The translations under genes and the position numbers were made by a program. Shown here in pieces: positions 1 to 3,492 of a stretch of DNA of 3,492 nt. The notes below the pieces were generated by a model. The model worked only from the letters and a program-made list of their open reading frames with translations. It was not told the DNA's origin and ran no database searches. Origin of the DNA: a virus (lineage: Duplodnaviria > Heunggongvirae > Uroviricota > Caudoviricetes); the IMG/VR virus record IMGVR_UViG_2737471838_000002; one strand, written 5' to 3'. Position 1 is the first letter of the stretch, and each line of letters opens with the position of its first letter.

Positions 1-112
1 AACTGAAGTTGCCCTGAAAATGAAATTTTTTTGCACAACCGCAGAACTTTTCCGCAGGGCATCAGTCTTAATTAGTGCCACTGCTTTTCTTTGATGTCCC
101 CATTTTGTGGAG

Positions 113-155
113 CCCATCAACCCCGCCATTTCGGTTCAAGGTTGATGGGTTTTTT
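113..155 (+). terminator. Putative rho-independent terminator: perfect 10-bp inverted repeat followed by a T6 run
   Basis: Seen in sequence: CCCATCAACC (113-122) pairs perfectly with GGTTGATGGG (140-149), 6 G:C pairs, with a 17-nt loop, followed directly by TTTTTT (150-155). The T-run is on the + strand only, so it would stop transcription entering from the left. An open frame (frame 2, positions 2-100) ends at TGA 98-100 just upstream, consistent with the 3' end of a + strand gene. The loop is longer than typical, which lowers confidence. Confidence 0.45.
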
Positions 156-235
156 GTTGCCTGAAATTTAAGATGTTTAAAATCATGATGTTAGAAGCAC
201 TGTTTTTTAACGATGGCGACAAAATGGCGGCAGCG

Positions 236-454
236 TCAAAGAGAGAGCGCCACCTGTCCTGATTTCATTGGATGCGGCTGAACTGGATTCGACTCTTTTG
301 GTGTTGCAATCGAACGAACAAAAGTTTCATGGGTAACAAAAGTATGGCTGCAGTTAATGTTCTGGCACTGGTTATAACGCTCTTTGGTCAATGAAGATAC
401 CTGAAAACTGCTGCGAGTATGGGCGGCACTTCCACACAGTGGGCAAATCATCAT
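236..454 (-). CDS. ogr: Ogr/Delta-family zinc-finger transcriptional activator (P2 late-gene activator homolog), 72 aa
   Basis: The translation MMICPLCGSAAHTRSSFQVSSLTKERYNQCQNINCSHTF... carries the C-x2-C-x22-C-x4-C arrangement and the KERYxQCQN(V/I)NC block that I recall from P2 Ogr and P4 Delta. Start moved from the track's GTG at 487 to ATG at 454: this gives a 72-aa product (the length I recall for P2 Ogr) and a GGGGAG Shine-Dalgarno at 465-470, 10 nt upstream. The family call is from memory, not a search. Confidence 0.88.
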   Translation of the reverse strand: MMICPLCGSAAHTRSSFQVSSLTKERYNQCQNINCSHTFVTHETFVRSIATPKESNPVQPHPMKSGQVALSL

Positions 455-650
455 TTTTCGAGTTCTCCCCATTTTTGCTAAATTCACAACAATGATACCG
501 TATTATTCCATTTTGCAAACTTAAAAGTTCTCCATTGCGAAGAATCATTCCATTTCGAAATCATCAATCCTCACTTCAAGCTCCAGACTGGTCGTAAAAC
601 CGTTATCCGGGCTGACGGTATGTGTCAGGGTGGTAATGGTCCATTCCGCA

Positions 651-1133
651 TCATCTAACGGTATCAACTGCACTCGCCATCGCAGGATTAGCCTGTAAAC
701 GGGCCTGCAATGAAACAGCGGCCAGCGCCATCAGCCGTGTTACAGAGTTAATGCTGCTGATAGCATCACGACGACCTGCACTGGTTTTTACATCGCCGGA
801 TACCGCACCTGCAGCAACACGCCCGATCTCTGCGGTTGCACTCATGACATAATGCGGCAGTTTCTCTTTTGCCACCTCATTAATCGGTACACATGGCAGG
901 CAGTGAATCTGTGCCAGAAAGCCATCTACCAGCGTTGAATCTTCAGTCAGATCGGTAAGCAACCAGATTTCTGGTGCGGTTAATAAATGAGGTTGAGCTG
1001 GGTTCAGCTTGTTCCGCAGAATCTGTACATTCATGCCTGCACGTTCTGCCAGTTGCACCAGGTTGTGGCGCAGTGCGAATGCACGACAGGCTTCGTCAAA
1101 ATGTGGATGTTTGGAAACTTGGTAATCAAACAT
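651..1133 (-). CDS. cII: Phage 186 CII-like (CP76 family) lysogeny-establishment transcriptional activator, 160 aa
   Basis: It lies immediately downstream of the apl-like gene, in the position of 186 cII. The N-terminus [19 protein letters not shown] and the segment [17 protein letters not shown] resemble the 186 CII / Pfam Phage_CP76 helix-turn-helix region as I recall it. Start moved from the track's TTG at 1139 to ATG at 1133, which has a GAGG Shine-Dalgarno at 1142-1145, 8 nt upstream. Size is close to 186 CII (about 169 aa). Confidence 0.75.
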   Translation of the reverse strand: MFDYQVSKHPHFDEACRAFALRHNLVQLAERAGMNVQILRNKLNPAQPHLLTAPEIWLLTDLTEDSTLVDGFLAQIHCLPCVPINEVAKEKLPHYVMSATAEIGRVAAGAVSGDVKTSAGRRDAISSINSVTRLMALAAVSLQARLQANPAMASAVDTVR

Positions 1134-1165
1134 GGTCAATGCCTCTGATGTATTTCAGAATCGAA

Positions 1166-1387
1166 CTAATTAAGGTTTAGATTGCATTCTGAAAGCGCAT
1201 CAACGGTCATTGCTGCTATGTTGATCATCACTTTTTCGCGTTTTTTATCTTTGCGCAGTCGGTGACGGATAAGGCGTCCATCAGCCAACATGTCATTGAT
1301 GGTATCGATGGATAGCCCTGTCAGCTCGCTATAGCGTTCAATAGTCACATGAGGGGTGGTAAGAGTGATTGAAATGTTAGGTCTCAT
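1166..1387 (-). CDS. Apl/Cox-like small DNA-binding protein (excisionase and switch regulator candidate), 73 aa
   Basis: A 73-aa ORF with an ATG start at 1387, transcribed divergently from the repressor gene and directly upstream of the cII-like gene, which is the position of 186 apl and P2 cox. The segment [23 protein letters not shown] looks like an excisionase-type helix-turn-helix. The assignment rests on position, size and this motif only; sequence similarity to Apl/Cox was not verified. The GAGG upstream is 11 nt from the ATG, which is suboptimal. Confidence 0.55.
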   Translation of the reverse strand: MRPNISITLTTPHVTIERYSELTGLSIDTINDMLADGRLIRHRLRKDKKREKVMINIAAMTVDALSECNLNLN

Positions 1388-1459
1388 GATGCAACATTCC
1401 TCGTTTAATGATGATTAATCAGGACGAATACGGATCGTTTGTATTTTGTGAACACCATA

Positions 1460-1488
1460 AACATACGATCGCACAGTGAAATCGTCAA
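1460..1488 (-). promoter_or_regulatory. Candidate sigma70 promoter for the leftward apl-cII(-ogr) transcript (pR-equivalent)
   Basis: On the - strand: -35 TTGACG (+ coordinates 1488-1483), a 17-nt spacer, and -10 TATGTT (1465-1460). The predicted start near 1453 gives a ~65-nt leader to the apl-like ATG at 1387. Its location near the repressor start codon matches the face-to-face promoter layout described for the 186 and P2 switches. Motif-based only. Confidence 0.35.
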
Positions 1489-1512
1489 GATAAAAGTTCA
1501 CTTGGAGTGACC

Positions 1513-2082
1513 ATGAATTTGGAGAAAGGCGGACGAGGCGCTATAGAGCGCATGGTAGAAGCTTATGGATTCAAGACTCGACAGGCGTTGTGCGATCATT
1601 TAGGAATCTCTAAAAGTACACTCGCCACACGCTACATGCGTGACTCATTCCCAGCAGAATGGGTAATCCAGTGCGCCCTTGAAACAGGCACCTCGCTTAA
1701 TTGGCTCACAACCGGGCATGGTTCAAAGCAAACTTCAGGTAATACAAATACTATGGAAGTTGCTAAATATGTATTATCTGATGGGGCCTTGTGTGAAGAC
1801 GGTTTTTATATTTTCGATAGAGAATTTCTACCGTCGGCATTCAAGAATCTTTTTGTAATCACAGATAATAATTCTGAATTTATTTGTGATAAGGAATTTG
1901 ATGATATACGTGATGGTAAATGGGTAATAAGTATTGATGGCGAAATAACGATCCGTGACATTACTCGTTTACCCGGTGGAAGAATCTTCGTCGAGGGTGG
2001 AAACAGAGCCTTCGAGTGCAAGATAGAAGATGTTGAAATAATTGGGAAAATTATAAGTTTAACAATTAAGTACGTTAGGTAA
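1513..2082 (+). CDS. cI: Phage 186 CI-like immunity repressor (Phage_CI_repr N-terminal HTH domain plus C-terminal domain), 189 aa
   Basis: The N-terminal ~70 aa (AIERMVEAYGFKTRQALCDHLGISKSTLATRYMRDSFPAEWVIQCALETGTSLNWLTTGHG) match the 186 CI-type helix-turn-helix domain pattern I recall (AYGF ... LxxRYxR ... CALETG ... WLxTG). Length is close to 186 CI (about 192 aa). It is divergent from the apl-like gene and upstream of int, as in 186. Start moved from the track's GTG at 1507 to ATG at 1513, with GGAG at 1504-1507, 5 nt upstream. Confidence 0.8.
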   Translation: MNLEKGGRGAIERMVEAYGFKTRQALCDHLGISKSTLATRYMRDSFPAEWVIQCALETGTSLNWLTTGHGSKQTSGNTNTMEVAKYVLSDGALCEDGFYIFDREFLPSAFKNLFVITDNNSEFICDKEFDDIRDGKWVISIDGEITIRDITRLPGGRIFVEGGNRAFECKIEDVEIIGKIISLTIKYVR

Positions 2083-2097
2083 TACCGGGAGGAAACT

Positions 2098-2289
2098 ATG
2101 CTTGGTAAGGTATTTTTTGTGGTTTTATCATGCTCTTTGTTATTAAACCCACTAACTACCTATGCTAAAAATTATCCTTGTTCTGGGAAAAAGGGAGGTG
2201 TCTCTCACTGTACCTCCGATGGAAAGTTCGTTTGCAATGATGGAACTATTAGTAAATCAAAAAAAATCTGTACTAAAAACTCGCGATAA
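2098..2289 (+). CDS. Small hypothetical secreted protein: predicted Sec signal peptide plus ~40-aa lysine-rich mature peptide with 4 Cys
   Basis: There is a strong Shine-Dalgarno GGGAGG at 2087-2092, 5 nt before the ATG at 2098, and only 15 nt separate it from the repressor stop, so it is probably co-transcribed. The N-terminus [23 protein letters not shown] has the n-, h- and c-regions of a signal peptide, with a likely cleavage after TYA. The mature part [40 protein letters not shown] is cationic with four Cys. The coding region is AT-rich. No confident family is recognised. Confidence 0.5.
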   Translation: MLGKVFFVVLSCSLLLNPLTTYAKNYPCSGKKGGVSHCTSDGKFVCNDGTISKSKKICTKNSR

Positions 2290-2422
2290 ATTTTGCTTTT
2301 ATATCTGCGCCTAATATAACAATGAGCCGCAGGCTAACCGCAAAAGTCACATACTCACATAGCAAAAAATAGCTAACTTCATTATGGCTTCAGTGAGATG
2401 TATGGTCGCAGGATTTCATACA

Positions 2423-2451
2423 TTGACACTGGTTATACATACAGTAAAAAT
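2423..2451 (+). promoter_or_regulatory. Candidate sigma70 promoter directly upstream of int
   Basis: A perfect -35 TTGACA sits at 2423-2428. After a 16-17 nt spacer comes an A-rich -10-like hexamer, TAAAAA (2445-2450) or AAAAAT (2446-2451). The int Shine-Dalgarno GGAGGG follows at 2463-2468 and the ATG at 2476. The -10 match is weak and the call is motif-based only. Confidence 0.3.
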
Positions 2452-2475
2452 GCTCTCTACTGGAGGGCATTTTTT

Positions 2476-3492
2476 ATGGCAGTACGAAAACTCACCACAG
2501 GAAAATGGCTTTGCGAATGTTACCCCGCCGGACGTAGTGGACGTCGTGTGCGTAAACAATTCGCCACCAAAGGCGAAGCTCTGGCTTTTGAGCGTCACAC
2601 GATGGAAGAAACCGAAGCAAAGCCCTGGCTGGGCGAATCAGTGGATCGTCGGACATTGAAAGACGTGATTGAGCTATGGTTCAAACTACATGGTAAATCT
2701 CTGACAGCTGGACAGCATGTCTATGACAAACTGCTGTTGATGGTTGACGCTCTGGGCAATCCCCTTGCAACTGATCTAACCTCTAAAATGTTTGCCCACT
2801 ATCGAGATAAACGCCTGACAGGTGAGATCTACTTCAGCGAGAAATGGAAGAAAGGAGCAAGCCCGGTCACCATTAACCTGGAGCAAAGCTATCTAAGTAG
2901 TGTTTTTAGCGAACTATCCCGCCTGGGCGAATGGTCGTATCCGAACCCACTGGAGAACATGCGAAAATTCACCATCGCAGAAAAAGAGATGGCATGGCTT
3001 ACCCATGAGCAGATTGTTGAACTGCTGGCTGATTGCAAACGTCAGGACCCAATTCTGGCACTGGTAGTCAAGATATGCCTAAGCACAGGCGCACGCTGGC
3101 GAGAAGCAATAAATCTTACCCGCTCGCAAGTGACCAAATACCGAATTACCTTTGTAAGAACGAAGGGGAAGAAAAACAGAAGCATCCCTATCAGTAAAGA
3201 GCTTTACGAAGAGATCATGGCGCTTGATGGGTTCAATTTCTTTACAGACTGCTATTTTCAATTTTTATCCGTGATGGAAAAAACGTCTATCGTGCTCCCT
3301 CGCGGTCAACTGACACACGTTCTGCGCCATACGTTTGCGGCGCACTTCATGATGTCGGGTGGAAATATCCTTGCTTTGCAAAAAATCTTCGGACATCACG
3401 ATATAAAAATGACTATGCGCTATGCCCATTTAGCACCCGATCATCTTGAGACGGCTCTGAGATTCAACCCCCTCGCAACGCTAGAAGTGTGA
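2476..3492 (+). CDS. int: P2/186-type tyrosine recombinase (phage integrase), 338 aa, complete
   Basis: The N-terminus MAVRKLTTGKWLCECYPAGRSGRRVRKQFATKGEALAFE parallels the P2 Int N-terminus as I recall it (MAIKKLDDGRYEV...GRNGKRIRRKF...EAVAFE). The C-terminal catalytic region has LSTGARWREA, HVLRHTFAAHFMMSGGNILALQKIFGH and MTMRYAHLAPDHL, which supply the Arg, His-x-x-Arg and Tyr residues of the tyrosine-recombinase active site. Start set at ATG 2476 (GGAGGG Shine-Dalgarno 7 nt upstream) rather than the track's ATG at 2398, because the 26-aa extension has no counterpart in P2 Int. The stop TGA is at 3490-3492. Confidence 0.93.
   Translation: MAVRKLTTGKWLCECYPAGRSGRRVRKQFATKGEALAFERHTMEETEAKPWLGESVDRRTLKDVIELWFKLHGKSLTAGQHVYDKLLLMVDALGNPLATDLTSKMFAHYRDKRLTGEIYFSEKWKKGASPVTINLEQSYLSSVFSELSRLGEWSYPNPLENMRKFTIAEKEMAWLTHEQIVELLADCKRQDPILALVVKICLSTGARWREAINLTRSQVTKYRITFVRTKGKKNRSIPISKELYEEIMALDGFNFFTDCYFQFLSVMEKTSIVLPRGQLTHVLRHTFAAHFMMSGGNILALQKIFGHHDIKMTMRYAHLAPDHLETALRFNPLATLEV

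Noticed and set aside
2-100. Possible 3' end of a + strand gene (frame 2, ending TGA 98-100) upstream of the terminator hairpin
   Set aside because: Only ~33 codons are visible, with no start in the window and no recognisable motif. Not enough to call a CDS, although its position before the terminator is suggestive.
131-149. GGTTCAAGG motif resembling a tRNA T-loop, which could mark an integration site in a tRNA 3' end
   Set aside because: The flanking bases do not form a T-stem or acceptor stem; the only strong pairing is the 10-bp hairpin already explained as a terminator. No cloverleaf can be drawn.
484-564. 26-codon ORF on the - strand in the cII-ogr spacer
   Set aside because: Too short to evaluate, overlaps the putative ogr promoter, and has no recognisable motif. 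Mentioned in a finding but not annotated as a feature.
596-619. Weak hairpin on the - strand just after the cII stop (ACCGT / ACGGT stem, 11-nt loop, then TTTT)
   Set aside because: A 5-bp stem with a short T-run is too weak to call a terminator with confidence. Read-through into ogr seems at least as likely.
974-1180. 68-aa ORF on the + strand
   Set aside because: It lies entirely antisense within the cII-like gene and the cII/apl junction, has no Shine-Dalgarno and no recognisable motif. Most likely a frame shadow of a well-supported gene.
1806-2021. 71-aa ORF on the - strand
   Set aside because: Antisense within the AT-rich C-terminal half of the repressor gene. AT-rich sequence produces long open frames by chance; no ribosome-binding site or motif supports it.
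2098-2136. Lipoprotein interpretation of the small ORF (VLSC resembling a lipobox, Cys at residue 12)
   Set aside because: The pre-Cys segment is only 11 residues and the lipobox match is imperfect. A standard signal peptide cleaved after TYA (residue 23) fits better.
2384-2659. 91-aa + strand ORF and 60-aa - strand ORF (2416-2598) overlapping the int 5' region
   Set aside because: Both overlap the strongly supported integrase frame and its promoter region. They are alternative-frame or antisense shadows with no independent support.
3079-3261. 60-aa ORF on the - strand
   Set aside because: Antisense inside the integrase catalytic-domain coding region, with no supporting signals.
1-3492. Scan for CRISPR repeats, IS element terminal inverted repeats/transposase, rRNA or tRNA genes
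   Set aside because: No repeat-spacer periodicity, no transposase-like ORF, and no tRNA cloverleaf or rRNA-like conserved blocks were seen.

Overview
This window reads as a compact P2/186-family temperate-phage lysogeny module, most likely from an enterobacterial prophage or prophage remnant. All family assignments are by eye from recalled protein families; no search was run. Gene order, left to right: a hairpin terminator (113-155, +); an Ogr/Delta-family zinc-finger late activator (236-454, -); a 186 CII-like regulator (651-1133, -); an Apl/Cox-like small DNA-binding protein (1166-1387, -); a 125-bp switch region; a 186 CI-like repressor (1513-2082, +); a small signal-peptide, Cys-rich ORF (2098-2289, +); and a complete P2-type tyrosine integrase (2476-3492, +). 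Two things stand out. First, the ogr-like gene sits about 2 kb from int, both transcribed outward, whereas in P2/186 prophages they lie at opposite ends of a ~30 kb element; this fits an internally deleted cryptic prophage or a minimal satellite-like element. Second, an AT-rich block covers the repressor's C-terminal half and the downstream secreted-peptide gene, suggesting mosaic acquisition. No rRNA, tRNA, CRISPR array or IS element is recognisable.
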